IMG/VR virus record: IMGVR_UViG_3300045988_173726
Location: 32,001-96,000 of that record
Strand: one strand, 5' to 3'
Origin: a virus
DNA: 64,000 nucleotides
Part shown: positions 27,061 through 36,447 of the stretch, piece after piece
How the letters are laid out: each line of letters starts with the position of its first letter
Position numbering within the stretch: position 1 is the stretch's first letter
Translations under genes and position numbers: made by a program
The notes under the pieces: generated by a model
The model's input: the letters and a program-made list of their open reading frames with translations, nothing else
The model's database searches: none
What the model was told of the DNA's origin: nothing

Positions 27061-28296
27061 ATGCTCCGAAACGGTAGAGGACAACAGGGGTTGGGCTATA
27101 TTCTGATATTGCTTTCGGCTTTGCTTTTGGGTAGTTACGGTGTTAGGCTTCGGGTAGCTGATAAAGTTTCGCATATCGAGTCGCAGGAAGCGGAGAGAGC
27201 GAGAGTTTATGATAGCGTAAAGGCGAGAGGCAAGGCATTGGAGACAAGCGCGGGCGAGACAGCAGAGGCGAGTGAAGCCGAGGACAGTGCATTTAGCGGG
27301 GTAGCGTTTACGAGCCTAATCGCGTATAATTCGAGCGTAACGCCAGAGGCGGATGTAAAGGGGAAGCGTAACGCGGGGGTTACCTATCGCGAGGGGGAGA
27401 ACGGAGAGGTCGTAGCCGAGGGAGAGACAGGCGCGACTGAGGAGAGCGTAGGTAGCGAGCGAGAGGATAACACATATATCGGGGTATATGTATCAGGCTA
27501 CTTAGATAATGACTTGTTGTCGGGGTTAGCCTATGAGGTCTACTATGACGGTGCTTCTATCGGGACAACGAACACGAATCTCCGTTTAACAGCCCTAAAG
27601 GGAGATAGTAAGTACGACCATAACAGGGTAGATTTAATCGAGATTAAGGGGACATATGACCCGACAAGGCTAAGTTATAAGGCGTATACGGATAAGAACG
27701 AGACAGAGGTCTTAGGGATTGCTTATAACGAGGTAAACGACACAAAGGACTACGCAATACGGAGTGTAGGCGGGGAGCGAGTCTTGGTAGTAAAAGAGCC
27801 GTCCATCAAGTATGCGGATAGGATAGAGGCGGTAAACGGGGGCGCGGCAGTCGAGAGTAGCGCAGAGCCAGAGAGCAGTGAGGCGGCAGAAAGTGTATCA
27901 GAGAGTAGCACAGATACAAGCGCGGAAAGCGGTACGATAGCCGAGCCTGTGGACGAGCTGTACATATTAAACTATCAGTACAGCTTCTTTGGGAGTGATA
28001 CAGCACTAAGCGCGTTGCAGGGTGGCGCGTTTACGGTGCGGGACAAGACAAGTAACGCCGAGTTTAACGGTATTTCCGACTTACAGACAAAGTTTAGTCG
28101 GTATAGTGACGGGTCGATAGATGTGCTGGGGGTAGCACTGAATGTGAAGGTGCTTAGAAGCGCGTTAAACAGCTTTACAGCAGATAACGGGCGAGAGGCG
28201 GTATCGACAAACAGCATTATGAGTATCAAAGCAGGGTTTAACGGTTTATTTTCGCTTCATTATGCGGGAGCGGCGGGCGAGTTCGACCTAGACTAA
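27061..28296 (+). CDS. Membrane-anchored/secreted protein, unknown function
   Basis: ORF 27031..28296 trimmed to ATG 27061 after AGGAG. N-terminal TM GLGYILILLSALLLGSYG followed by acidic Ser/Glu-rich regions. Confidence 0.65.
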   Translation: MLRNGRGQQGLGYILILLSALLLGSYGVRLRVADKVSHIESQEAERARVYDSVKARGKALETSAGETAEASEAEDSAFSGVAFTSLIAYNSSVTPEADVKGKRNAGVTYREGENGEVVAEGETGATEESVGSEREDNTYIGVYVSGYLDNDLLSGLAYEVYYDGASIGTTNTNLRLTALKGDSKYDHNRVDLIEIKGTYDPTRLSYKAYTDKNETEVLGIAYNEVNDTKDYAIRSVGGERVLVVKEPSIKYADRIEAVNGGAAVESSAEPESSEAAESVSESSTDTSAESGTIAEPVDELYILNYQYSFFGSDTALSALQGGAFTVRDKTSNAEFNGISDLQTKFSRYSDGSIDVLGVALNVKVLRSALNSFTADNGREAVSTNSIMSIKAGFNGLFSLHYAGAAGEFDLD

Positions 28297-28412
28297 TTGG
28301 TAAGTCAGTGGTTTCAAACAATATAGAAGAAAGTTGAAATAATTCTCGATTTACATGTTTTTCATTAAGGATGGTTTTGTTAGGATATGTCGTATTGTGG
28401 AGAGGAATTGAA

Positions 28413-29744
28413 ATGTGTAGTAGAAAGTTTACAGTAGTGACTCAACTACATGAGAGGAATAACAGGGGTGTAATTGAATACATTGAATCTTCCCGTAGAG
28501 ATTACGGGAAAGCAATGCGAGAGACTTTCTATGCAATCAAGCGTGGTGGTTTCAATAAGTCACGGTATAAGACCTATCTTCAAAATAAATACAAAATTGT
28601 TAGTCGGACTGCTAATTCTATTGTTTTTGACGCACAAGGGCGCTTTAATGCTCTAAAGGAGTTGAAAGAGTATGAGAGGAAGCAGCTGGAACAGAAGATT
28701 AAACACCTTGAAGATATAGTCATTCCTAAGTTAGTGGAGAAAAGGAATCAGAATTCAATTAAACTTCAAGACGGATTATCTGTCTCGTTGATTCAACAAA
28801 GGAATCTAAGATTAAAGGTGGTATCAAAGAAAGCAAAGTTAAACAGGTTGAAGCAGAAACTAGCCACACTAGAGTACCAATTAAAATCTGGAAAATTAAA
28901 CATTTGTTTTGGTACGAAAAGACTGCTCAAGCGAAGTTACAAGAAGTTTAGCGAGCAAAGAGATAGTCAAATGAGTTTTGTAGGAGCTAGGGCGGAGACA
29001 GCATGTAACCAAGTTTTACAGTTGACTTACAATCGAAGGAGTAATCAGTTTTTGATTCGGTTGCGTAAAGATTTTGGAGGGTACAAGTCTGCTAAAGGTG
29101 ATGCTAGATACGCTTACGGAAAAGTTTATTTCAATTATCATAAAGCACAAATTGTCTCAATTTTGAGGTCTAAGGCTAGTCCTTTAAGCTACAGAATAAT
29201 CAAAAAGAATTCCAGATATTATCTCTGTTGTGCTTTCGAGTTTCAAGTAGATAACGGTGAAGTTGTTACTCGCTCTAGCTACGGAACTGTTGGATTAGAT
29301 TTTAACAAAGGTTTTGTGACCTTATCAGAGACTAATCAGTACGGACATTTAGTGCAAACACAGTTTATGCCTTATCGTTTCAAGTCTGGAAACAAGACTA
29401 AGACAGATTTACAGGTGGTATCAAATTATGTGATTAAATTAGCATTGAGAAAAGGTAAAGACGTTTGTATTGAGAATCTTGACTTTAGAGCAAAGAAGTC
29501 TAAGATAGAGGCAAAGGTAGGGAAGAAATACAATGAGATGCTTCATTCATTAGCTTATCAAGAGTTTATTGAGGTGATTGAGAGCGTAGCCTATAGAAAC
29601 AGAGTTGGCTTAAACAAAGTCAATCCTGCGTGGACATCATGGTTAGCAGAGAGGATTTACTGTAATCCCATGAAGCTAAATATACATACAGGGGCTTCAT
29701 ATGTAATAGCAAGGCGTGGACAGGGGTATAAAGACGCGGCGTAA
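28413..29744 (+). CDS. TnpB/Cas12-superfamily RuvC-fold protein, paralog 2
   Basis: ORF 28371..29744 trimmed to ATG 28413, giving 443 aa colinear with copy 1. It has the same GLDFNKG, CIENLDF, NPAWTS and NIHTGASYVIARRGQGYKDAA motifs. Confidence 0.6.
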   Translation: MCSRKFTVVTQLHERNNRGVIEYIESSRRDYGKAMRETFYAIKRGGFNKSRYKTYLQNKYKIVSRTANSIVFDAQGRFNALKELKEYERKQLEQKIKHLEDIVIPKLVEKRNQNSIKLQDGLSVSLIQQRNLRLKVVSKKAKLNRLKQKLATLEYQLKSGKLNICFGTKRLLKRSYKKFSEQRDSQMSFVGARAETACNQVLQLTYNRRSNQFLIRLRKDFGGYKSAKGDARYAYGKVYFNYHKAQIVSILRSKASPLSYRIIKKNSRYYLCCAFEFQVDNGEVVTRSSYGTVGLDFNKGFVTLSETNQYGHLVQTQFMPYRFKSGNKTKTDLQVVSNYVIKLALRKGKDVCIENLDFRAKKSKIEAKVGKKYNEMLHSLAYQEFIEVIESVAYRNRVGLNKVNPAWTSWLAERIYCNPMKLNIHTGASYVIARRGQGYKDAA

Positions 29745-29753
29745 AGTTTTTAA

Positions 29754-29970
29754 CAGTCCTATACAGATGTATTCAACGCAAGACAGTTGAGCATCTCCCT
29801 TTAGGGCTAAGTTTATTATCAGAAGTTTTGACAACAATTCTCATTGTGTGGCTACGGTCGAAATGAGATGAGTCAGAGTGGAGTAGGTTAACCGTAAGAC
29901 CTTGAGTTGAAAAACTCTAAAATTGAGCTAGAGATGTGGATTTCTTAATTTTCGTGTTTTCTAGTTACGG
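29754..29970 (+). ncRNA. Conserved structured RNA at element right end, copy 2
   Basis: Aligns with 6530-6742. The hairpin GAGTT-GAAA-AACTC (29904-29917) carries a different GNRA loop from copy 1. Confidence 0.6.
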
Positions 29971-30052
29971 TCGAGGGAAGTAGTGTCGGCGGCGAGCGTA
30001 CCGGTGGGTTTAACAGCACTGTAGATAGATAAGAGAGGGAAGCGAGGTAGAG

Positions 30053-30433
30053 ATGAGCAATCTTGACAGGATATTAAAGAGTAAACTAAGCAGTTCGCCA
30101 AGTAAGATGCATGTGCTGTTTCGGAAGGTAGTTCGGACAGCAGATTATGAGACAGAGACGGTGGAGTTGTCGAGTGATATAGAGCTTGACAGCGAGGTAA
30201 GTGAGATAGAGAGAGCGGTTATATTCAATCTGCTTACGGCTTCTACGGAGTATACGCTGTTGTCGCACTTGTATGTTAAGGGGACGCTTAGTAAAGAGGA
30301 CTTTGTGTCTGGGAGAGACGGGTTAGAGAAGTCGTCCGAGGCGATACTTCGTAAGTACGAGTCGGTAACAGGTGAGAGCAGGGATAAAATTCTAGGAAGG
30401 CTGTCAGATGGAGGCGAAGAAGCTAGCGAGTGA
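30053..30433 (+). CDS. Hypothetical protein
   Basis: 126-aa ORF with GAGGTAGAG SD-like sequence. Confidence 0.6.
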   Translation: MSNLDRILKSKLSSSPSKMHVLFRKVVRTADYETETVELSSDIELDSEVSEIERAVIFNLLTASTEYTLLSHLYVKGTLSKEDFVSGRDGLEKSSEAILRKYESVTGESRDKILGRLSDGGEEASE

Positions 30434-30680
30434 TTGCATTAAGATATACGGAGACTGGATGTTTGACTATGTAGCGGGTATTGGTTACGAGGTATCGGGG
30501 AATAATAGCGAGTTACAGTTTATTCCGAGGTTCTGGGTATCAAAGCACGAGAGCGGAGATAGACTTCCAGATGGCTGTATCGAGATACCGAGTGACGAGT
30601 ACGGGTATAGTTGTAAAGGTAGCGTGCCGTTTGGTGTGATACGGAAGAGTATCGAGGTAATGCAAGCGAAAGGTAGATAG
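30408..30680 (+). CDS. Hypothetical protein
   Basis: 90-aa ORF overlapping the previous gene by 26 nt. Confidence 0.5.
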   Translation: MEAKKLASDCIKIYGDWMFDYVAGIGYEVSGNNSELQFIPRFWVSKHESGDRLPDGCIEIPSDEYGYSCKGSVPFGVIRKSIEVMQAKGR

Positions 30681-30683
30681 TTT

Positions 30684-31499
30684 ATGAGCGGTGAGGCGTT
30701 AAGTGGTAGGGTAAAAGTCGAGAGTGTGCTAAGAGAGAGGCGTATTTTTCGACAGAGACTTACAGCTTATGTGCAGGAACTCATAAAGAACAGCGATACC
30801 TCTAAAATCGAAGAGTTTGCGAAACTTCGGAAGATGTACACAGGGGCTATCTACAGTGCAAATATTTTTTATATCAAGGATTATGTAGATTTGCTTTTGC
30901 CCGACTATCTGGATGATTTAGAGTCATTCGGGGTCATCTCGGCAAACGGGAAGCCAATCTATCATGAGCGTTGGATAATCCCGATATATGACAGTGAGGG
31001 GCTTGTGCAGGGGCTTGTAGGGTATAGTCCCGTATCGAACGAGCGCTATGTTTACGCGGTAACGGAGTATTATCTGCGCGGGGACACGCTTTGGGGCTTA
31101 GAGCGGTTAAATCGGGCATATGAACTCGGGTATGCAATCCTAACGGAGGGTATAACGGATGCCTTGCACATACGGTCATTGGGTTACGAGCCAGTATTTG
31201 CGATGTGTGGGACTCGGAAGAGTGCCATAAGTATGTTTGAGTTAAATAGGTGTAGATACGGGATAGTACGGATTCCCGACAGGGACATAGCGGGGATGAA
31301 AGCCGTTAGGTCTTGGGAGACGAATCGGTATGTAACGCTGACAACGCCTATTAACTATAAAGATGCAGATGAGACTTTGCGGGAAAGTGAGGACAACGGG
31401 GAATGCTTTAGAGGGTATTTAGACTTGTGTATCGGTTGGTTGATGGAAAAAGAGCATAAAGGAGAGAAGAGCGAGAAAGAGAAGATTTGTATGATTTGA
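30684..31499 (+). CDS. DnaG-type primase catalytic core with Toprim domain (no zinc finger)
   Basis: ERWIIPIYDSEGLVQGLVGYSP...RYVYA...LWGLERL matches the primase RNA-polymerase core. LTEGITDALHIRSLGY...CGT...RIPDRDIAGMKA matches Toprim (E, DxD). Confidence 0.7.
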   Translation: MSGEALSGRVKVESVLRERRIFRQRLTAYVQELIKNSDTSKIEEFAKLRKMYTGAIYSANIFYIKDYVDLLLPDYLDDLESFGVISANGKPIYHERWIIPIYDSEGLVQGLVGYSPVSNERYVYAVTEYYLRGDTLWGLERLNRAYELGYAILTEGITDALHIRSLGYEPVFAMCGTRKSAISMFELNRCRYGIVRIPDRDIAGMKAVRSWETNRYVTLTTPINYKDADETLRESEDNGECFRGYLDLCIGWLMEKEHKGEKSEKEKICMI

Positions 31500-31574
31500 G
31501 AGAGTAGAGAAGATTAAGTAGAGAGACTAAGAGTTTAACAGAGAGATTGATTTAGATTAAAGGAGAATAAGACC

Positions 31575-32720
31575 ATGAAGAACCCATTTCTTAAAGTAGC
31601 ATCCATGAGTAGCAACCTTCGTTCGTTCATTGACGACAATACCTACAACTCGCTCAAGTATTCTGGCGAGTCGGGTCTTGTAAATACGATTTATTTCCCG
31701 TATCACGAGGTACCTGACGCGGAGACAGGCGAGCTTAAGAAGGAGCTGATTGCTCTTTCTGCCAAGACGCATTCTTGGGAGAGCTATGACGCGACAGGTA
31801 AGAAGTCCTTCGGCTCAACGGTTTGTACGGAGGGCGCACCGATTATCACGGATGCAGAAGGTCATATCATGTCGGATGGTATTTGTCCGATTTGTGCTAG
31901 AGAGCGTGATAGCAGGGCTATCTTTGACTATCGCCGTGCGCTTCTGGACGGACAGTATGGCGGTGTTCCTGCGGAGGGTACAAAAGAGCGAAAGGATTAT
32001 GACGATGATGTTCGTAAACTCCGTGATGAGAGCAAGATAAAGACAGTCCCGCAGATGTATATACTGGTTGCGGTTGTTAAGATGAGTACGAATAGCGATG
32101 GTAGCGTTTCTCCTGCTACACTGGTAGACGGGATGCCCGCATATCAGCTAAAGATTTGGAAGGCTACTGTCAAGAAGGTAAAGGAACTGCGTGAGAAGCT
32201 TGCGAAGTCGCGTAAGACAGAGTTTGGAGCAGAGGTTTATTTCACGCATCCGACAGTTGCCGACCCGAAGAGCGCTTACGGTCGTATGCAGTTAGTTTCT
32301 GGTATGACGATGGATGTTGTGGGAAGTGACATGAGTCTATCGAACGAATACCCGAAGCTTTTCGATAAGATGCAGGCTGACGCGCTTGGAGTTATGGATA
32401 CGATATTCGATACGGTTGAGAAGTCGTTTCCAGAGTTCAAGCCCGCGTATAAGGAGAATCTGGTGCTTGAGATGGACAAGCTGTTCGGTGCTTGGGACGA
32501 GTATCAGAAGGAGCTTCTTGAGAATCCGCAGGCTAAGTATCTTGAGTACGCGGCTACGGGCAAGGCGGTAACGAATCCTGCGGTAGCGGTAGGTACTGCA
32601 CAGTCCGCGCCTATCGGTGGCATGGCTATGATAGGCGATGTGCCGCAGATGGAGGCTATGCCGAAGCTTGTGGTAGCGGAGAGTGAGCTTGTAAGCGGAG
32701 ATGGCATTGCAGAAATCTAA
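31575..32720 (+). CDS. gp32-like single-stranded DNA-binding protein with Zn site
   Basis: Colinear by eye with T4 gp32: NTIYFPY..., H-x-W...C...CPIC (His/Cys3-like), MYILVAVVK, PAYQLKIWKATVKKV. Confidence 0.5.
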   Translation: MKNPFLKVASMSSNLRSFIDDNTYNSLKYSGESGLVNTIYFPYHEVPDAETGELKKELIALSAKTHSWESYDATGKKSFGSTVCTEGAPIITDAEGHIMSDGICPICARERDSRAIFDYRRALLDGQYGGVPAEGTKERKDYDDDVRKLRDESKIKTVPQMYILVAVVKMSTNSDGSVSPATLVDGMPAYQLKIWKATVKKVKELREKLAKSRKTEFGAEVYFTHPTVADPKSAYGRMQLVSGMTMDVVGSDMSLSNEYPKLFDKMQADALGVMDTIFDTVEKSFPEFKPAYKENLVLEMDKLFGAWDEYQKELLENPQAKYLEYAATGKAVTNPAVAVGTAQSAPIGGMAMIGDVPQMEAMPKLVVAESELVSGDGIAEI

Positions 32721-32798
32721 GTTTATCGGCTAAGGATTAAGAGACGGGGCTAGGGCGGTAAGACCGTCCTAGCCTTTTTCTTGAAGGAGGCATGGCAT

Positions 32799-34118
32799 AT
32801 GGATAACAAAAAAGAGAGTAGACAAGTTTATTCTCCGATAAAGCGTTGGGGTATTAAGAATTTTAGAAATTTAGGGGAAGTCGGGTTTGAGTTTGACACG
32901 CCGATAGTGACACTGGTCGGGGATAACGAGGCTGGAAAGACTTCTGTTGTAAAGACTTTTGCGGTACTTGGTGCGAACGGGTATGCTACGGAGCAGAAGG
33001 ACTATATACGGGATAACACGAAGGGGTTTTCGATAGAGTGTGAGTTATCGGACGGGACGACCGTAAAGCGTGTAAAGACAGCGAGTGAGAACGCCTTTGA
33101 GATTCTTAGCGCAGACGGGGAAGTTTACGCGGCAGATAAGATAGATAGGGGCTACGGAACGCCTGTAGAGCTTGAGCGGGTTATGGGGATGATGGTAGAA
33201 CCCGAGACAAAGGAACTACTGCAAATACGGACATATGAGGATAGCTTGCTGTTTGTTTTAACAAAGAGCAGTGAAAACTATAAGGTCATGTATAATGCGT
33301 TAAAGGTCGGAAACTTAACTCGGGCTATTACTATCGGGAATCAGCAAGCGAACGGGTATCGAAACGCTATAGATGAGTATAGCGTAAAGGCAGAGACGCT
33401 TGAGAGCGAGTTAGAGAGCATAAAGGACATAGATATAGCGAGTGCGGTACGGTTAAAGGGGGAGATAGAGAGGTTAAGCCGTATTGTAGCGGGGCTAACG
33501 GGTCTGATTAAGCGGCTTGACGCGGCAGATGAGAGCGAGGAGCGGCTACGAGTTTACGCGGGAGTAGCGGGAATACGAGAAGAGAGTGAGAGCGTAGGGC
33601 ACTCGTTTAAGAGTCTGGTAGAGCGTTTAGGGGCGCGGGAGCGGTTAGGTGCGCGGCTAAGTGCGGTATCTAAGATAGACAGTATCTCTATGGAGCGAGA
33701 CGTGGACGGGGTAGTAAAGCTATTAAGCCGGTTACGAGATAGAGAGCGTCTAAAGAGCGTGGCAGATGTATTTACGGGGCTAGATACGGTGCGAGAGGAA
33801 CGAGAGAGCGTTCTTACAGGGCTTTTAGTATTAAGTAAGTGTGTGTTAGACGGGGAGCGCCTAGCGGGGGCTGTAACAGCGTTTACGGGGCTTCCGAAGA
33901 GCGAGGTAGACATATCTATGCTAAGTCGGCTAAGGGGTCTAATCGGGCGTATAGAGAGCCTTACGGCAGAAGAGGAAGAGTTGCGGGCGGTAAAGGAGAA
34001 GGCGAGCGAGAGCTACGCGGCATTAAAGGCTACGGGAGCAGAGGTTATTGTTTGCCCGAACTGCGGAGCGGATATAGTTATTACAGGGAGTGGACATGAA
34101 CATTTGGAGGAGATATGA
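32799..34118 (+). CDS. Rad50/SbcC-like ATPase, N-terminal half (Walker A + coiled coil ending in a CxxC hook)
   Basis: ORF 32781..34118 trimmed to ATG 32799 after AGGAGG. IKNFRNLGEVGFEFDTPIVTLVGDNEAGKTS; long heptad-like region; VIVCPNCGADIV near the C-terminus. Confidence 0.6.
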   Translation: MDNKKESRQVYSPIKRWGIKNFRNLGEVGFEFDTPIVTLVGDNEAGKTSVVKTFAVLGANGYATEQKDYIRDNTKGFSIECELSDGTTVKRVKTASENAFEILSADGEVYAADKIDRGYGTPVELERVMGMMVEPETKELLQIRTYEDSLLFVLTKSSENYKVMYNALKVGNLTRAITIGNQQANGYRNAIDEYSVKAETLESELESIKDIDIASAVRLKGEIERLSRIVAGLTGLIKRLDAADESEERLRVYAGVAGIREESESVGHSFKSLVERLGARERLGARLSAVSKIDSISMERDVDGVVKLLSRLRDRERLKSVADVFTGLDTVREERESVLTGLLVLSKCVLDGERLAGAVTAFTGLPKSEVDISMLSRLRGLIGRIESLTAEEEELRAVKEKASESYAALKATGAEVIVCPNCGADIVITGSGHEHLEEI

Positions 34119-34237
34119 GTAGAGGCGAGAGAGGTAAGAGAGCGGTAAAGTCGCTTGGATTGCGGCTAATTGGGGTCATGGCAGGCTTTATTTTAGCTAT
34201 GTGGTTGCTTGACATCATGGAAGAGTTTGAGGAGTGA
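34115..34237 (+). CDS. Candidate 40-aa membrane micro-protein
   Basis: ATGA start/stop overlap with the previous gene. Sequence MSRGERGKRAVKSLGLRLIGVMAGFILAMWLLDIMEEFEE: basic N-terminus, one TM helix, acidic tail. Confidence 0.4.
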   Translation: MSRGERGKRAVKSLGLRLIGVMAGFILAMWLLDIMEEFEE

Positions 34238-34297
34238 GCGTGTCTGTTAGGGGATTGCAGAATAAGCTAGATAAGATAAAAGAAGGGAGCTGATAGA

Positions 34298-34561
34298 GTG
34301 GTTAGATTCGTGTCTTATGACGGGGAATACCCTTGTCTTTGCTTTGGTATCTTAAAGATTGAAGTTGATGGAAAACTCTGGGAGCTTGAAGATGCACTAG
34401 TCTCAAACGGAGACTGTGTAATTACAGATGATGGCGATGACTATTGCATAACTGCTCCGTGGAGTGTTGATTTACCGGTACAATTAAAGCCTTATGAAAA
34501 AGAAATTACAGATGTAGTCAATGAAAATGTTGCATGGGGATGTTGCGGTGGTTGTTTATGA
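34298..34561 (+). CDS. Small Cys-rich hypothetical protein
   Basis: GTG start after AGAAGGGAG. Contains YPCLCFG...CCGGCL. Confidence 0.5.
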   Translation: MVRFVSYDGEYPCLCFGILKIEVDGKLWELEDALVSNGDCVITDDGDDYCITAPWSVDLPVQLKPYEKEITDVVNENVAWGCCGGCL

Positions 34562-34673
34562 GTTTGAATTGACAAGAGAATAGTCGAGTTAAGCGCTAGA
34601 AAGAGAGTATGAAGCTTTAGAGTTTACGCGCGACTGGGCAGGAATAGCTTTACGACATAGGCGAAAGAGGTGT

Positions 34674-34701
34674 AGCGGGCGGCGAGAACCGCCCGCTTTT
34701 T
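34674..34701 (+). terminator. Intrinsic terminator
   Basis: AGCGGGCGG-CGAGAA-CCGCCCGCT stem-loop followed by TTTTT. Confidence 0.7.
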
Positions 34702-34815
34702 GTTTGCCCTCGGGCGGTATTTCTATAAAATTTCTATTTACTATTTCTATGCGGTATGATATGCTATGAGGGACGAGGTTATGCAACAAAGTGTTTGATA
34801 AGGAGACGGAGGGAA

Positions 34816-34980
34816 ATGTCAACAGAGGCGTTTACGGCGGTTTGGCTGTTTAATCTTTATATGGCATATAAGGTATACCGTAGTAAGGCATGGCGCATAA
34901 TTATGACCTTGCTTTATTTGATTGCACTTGCGGGTCGCATAACATATGAGCTAAGTGGAGAGGGAATTTTATGGAGATAG
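34816..34980 (+). CDS. Small two-TM membrane protein
   Basis: ORF 34756..34980 trimmed to ATG 34816 after AAGGAGACGGAGGG. Sequence begins MSTEAFTAVWLFNLYMAY...IIMTLLYLIALAG. Confidence 0.5.
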   Translation: MSTEAFTAVWLFNLYMAYKVYRSKAWRIIMTLLYLIALAGRITYELSGEGILWR

Positions 34981-35924
34981 CGAGAATCGGGATAGACGGG
35001 GATTTGCACTTAAGTTCCAAGAATCGAGGTGCACATAACGACTATCCGCAGGAGTCACTGATGTATCTAAACTACGCGACCGACATATTTGAGAAGAACG
35101 GGTGTACGCACATCGTGAATCTCGGAGATATAGAGTACGGTCGGTTTGGGACTTTAGAGTATCGTGGCTTGGTAGAGCAGGCGTTTAAGCGTAGGAGAGA
35201 GCTTACGAAGGGGAACTTTTATATCGTCAAGGGAAATCACGACAGCGCGACCTATGGAATGACAGAGTACGAGTTCTACTTAGAGAAAGGTGCGTTTAAG
35301 GGGAGCTGTGATTTAGAGATAGGCAAGATGAAGCTGTTTATGTGTGACTTCGGGGGAGAGGATAGGGAGTTCCAGATAGATAGCGACAGGACGAATATTG
35401 TTTTAGGTCATAACTACTTTATGTTCAAGGACACGCTCATGCCGAACTTCGGAGACCCGATAGTTCTTGACGAGAGGGAGAACTTTTTTGGGGTAGACTA
35501 CATCTTTAGTGGGCATATACATCAAGAGTATGTGTTTAGCGGGATAATTGCGCGGGGTGGAATCGGTCATAAGTGTATTGTGCATCAGTTGCCCTGTTTA
35601 GCGCGTCCAGAGTATTTAGGTGATAGAACGCCAGAGAAGGGCGCGGTAATTGTGCTTCGTGTGTATGACGATAAAGAGCCAGAGGCAGTTAGATTAGAGT
35701 TTCCGTTATTACCGATAGAGCAGTCGTTTAATCTTGCGTTAAAGAATAAGCAGGATGCGGACAGTATGCGAAAGCATGTAGATGTAAGTTCGGTTGTAAA
35801 GGGTTTAGCGGAGTTTGAGCGAGAGATAGGGGACACGGAGAGTTATATCAAAGGTCTAGTTGGGGTAAAGGCAGAGTATAAGGAGAAAGCATTAGCCTTA
35901 TTAAAGGCAGGAGAGGAGGAGTGA
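34971..35924 (+). CDS. Mre11/SbcD-family metallophosphoesterase nuclease
   Basis: Calcineurin-like motifs IGIDGDLH, NLGDIEYG, VKGNHD, LGHNY, SGHIHQ. Confidence 0.7.
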   Translation: MEIARIGIDGDLHLSSKNRGAHNDYPQESLMYLNYATDIFEKNGCTHIVNLGDIEYGRFGTLEYRGLVEQAFKRRRELTKGNFYIVKGNHDSATYGMTEYEFYLEKGAFKGSCDLEIGKMKLFMCDFGGEDREFQIDSDRTNIVLGHNYFMFKDTLMPNFGDPIVLDERENFFGVDYIFSGHIHQEYVFSGIIARGGIGHKCIVHQLPCLARPEYLGDRTPEKGAVIVLRVYDDKEPEAVRLEFPLLPIEQSFNLALKNKQDADSMRKHVDVSSVVKGLAEFEREIGDTESYIKGLVGVKAEYKEKALALLKAGEEE

Positions 35925-35928
35925 GGGT

Positions 35929-36441
35929 ATGGATAAGGTCTGTTTACTGGATAGTGGTGATAGATGTAGGGTTCTTACTAAGCCATTTATTCTGTCATTA
36001 GATGCAAGAGTATCAAAAGAGATGGTTGACGGTCTGCAAAGAGTTGATATTGCGCTGTCAAAGTACAGGGACACAGGAGCGCTGAAAGATGCCAGCGTTC
36101 CGAGATATACTGTTACTAATCTACATAAAGAGTATGACGGGAATTTGTGTCTTGACAGAATTGAGATTGAGGTATACGAGATGGATTCCGTATCTGATGC
36201 AATTATGCGTGTTTCAGAGAATGTCTGTTTTAGAGAGCGTGATACTCGAAAGGTAGATTTAGCCCTTGGAACTCCGTATACGCATAGTTTATGGGTACAT
36301 AGCAAGAAGCCACTATATGCGTTAGTTAAAGCGAAGTTATTTGTGGTTCACGGTGACGGTAATAATTTGTCAATTCCGTTAGAGCTATGTAAGGTTTGTG
36401 CAGGTGACTACGGAGAAGTTGACATTAGAAAGGGGGAGTAA
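35929..36441 (+). CDS. Hypothetical protein, tandem paralog A (PYTHSL family)
   Basis: GGAGGAG SD. Shares RVDIALSKY... and GTPYTHSLWVHSKKPLYALVKAKLFVV with the next gene. Confidence 0.65.
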   Translation: MDKVCLLDSGDRCRVLTKPFILSLDARVSKEMVDGLQRVDIALSKYRDTGALKDASVPRYTVTNLHKEYDGNLCLDRIEIEVYEMDSVSDAIMRVSENVCFRERDTRKVDLALGTPYTHSLWVHSKKPLYALVKAKLFVVHGDGNNLSIPLELCKVCAGDYGEVDIRKGE

Positions 36442-36447
36442 AGTAAT

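Larger units (their letters stand above)
28300..29970 (+). mobile_element. TnpB-like element copy 2
   Basis: The left end GTAAGTCAGTGGTTTCAAACAATATAGAAGAA starts 3 nt after the upstream stop codon. The right end ...TTCTAGTTACGG ends at 29970. Confidence 0.7.
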
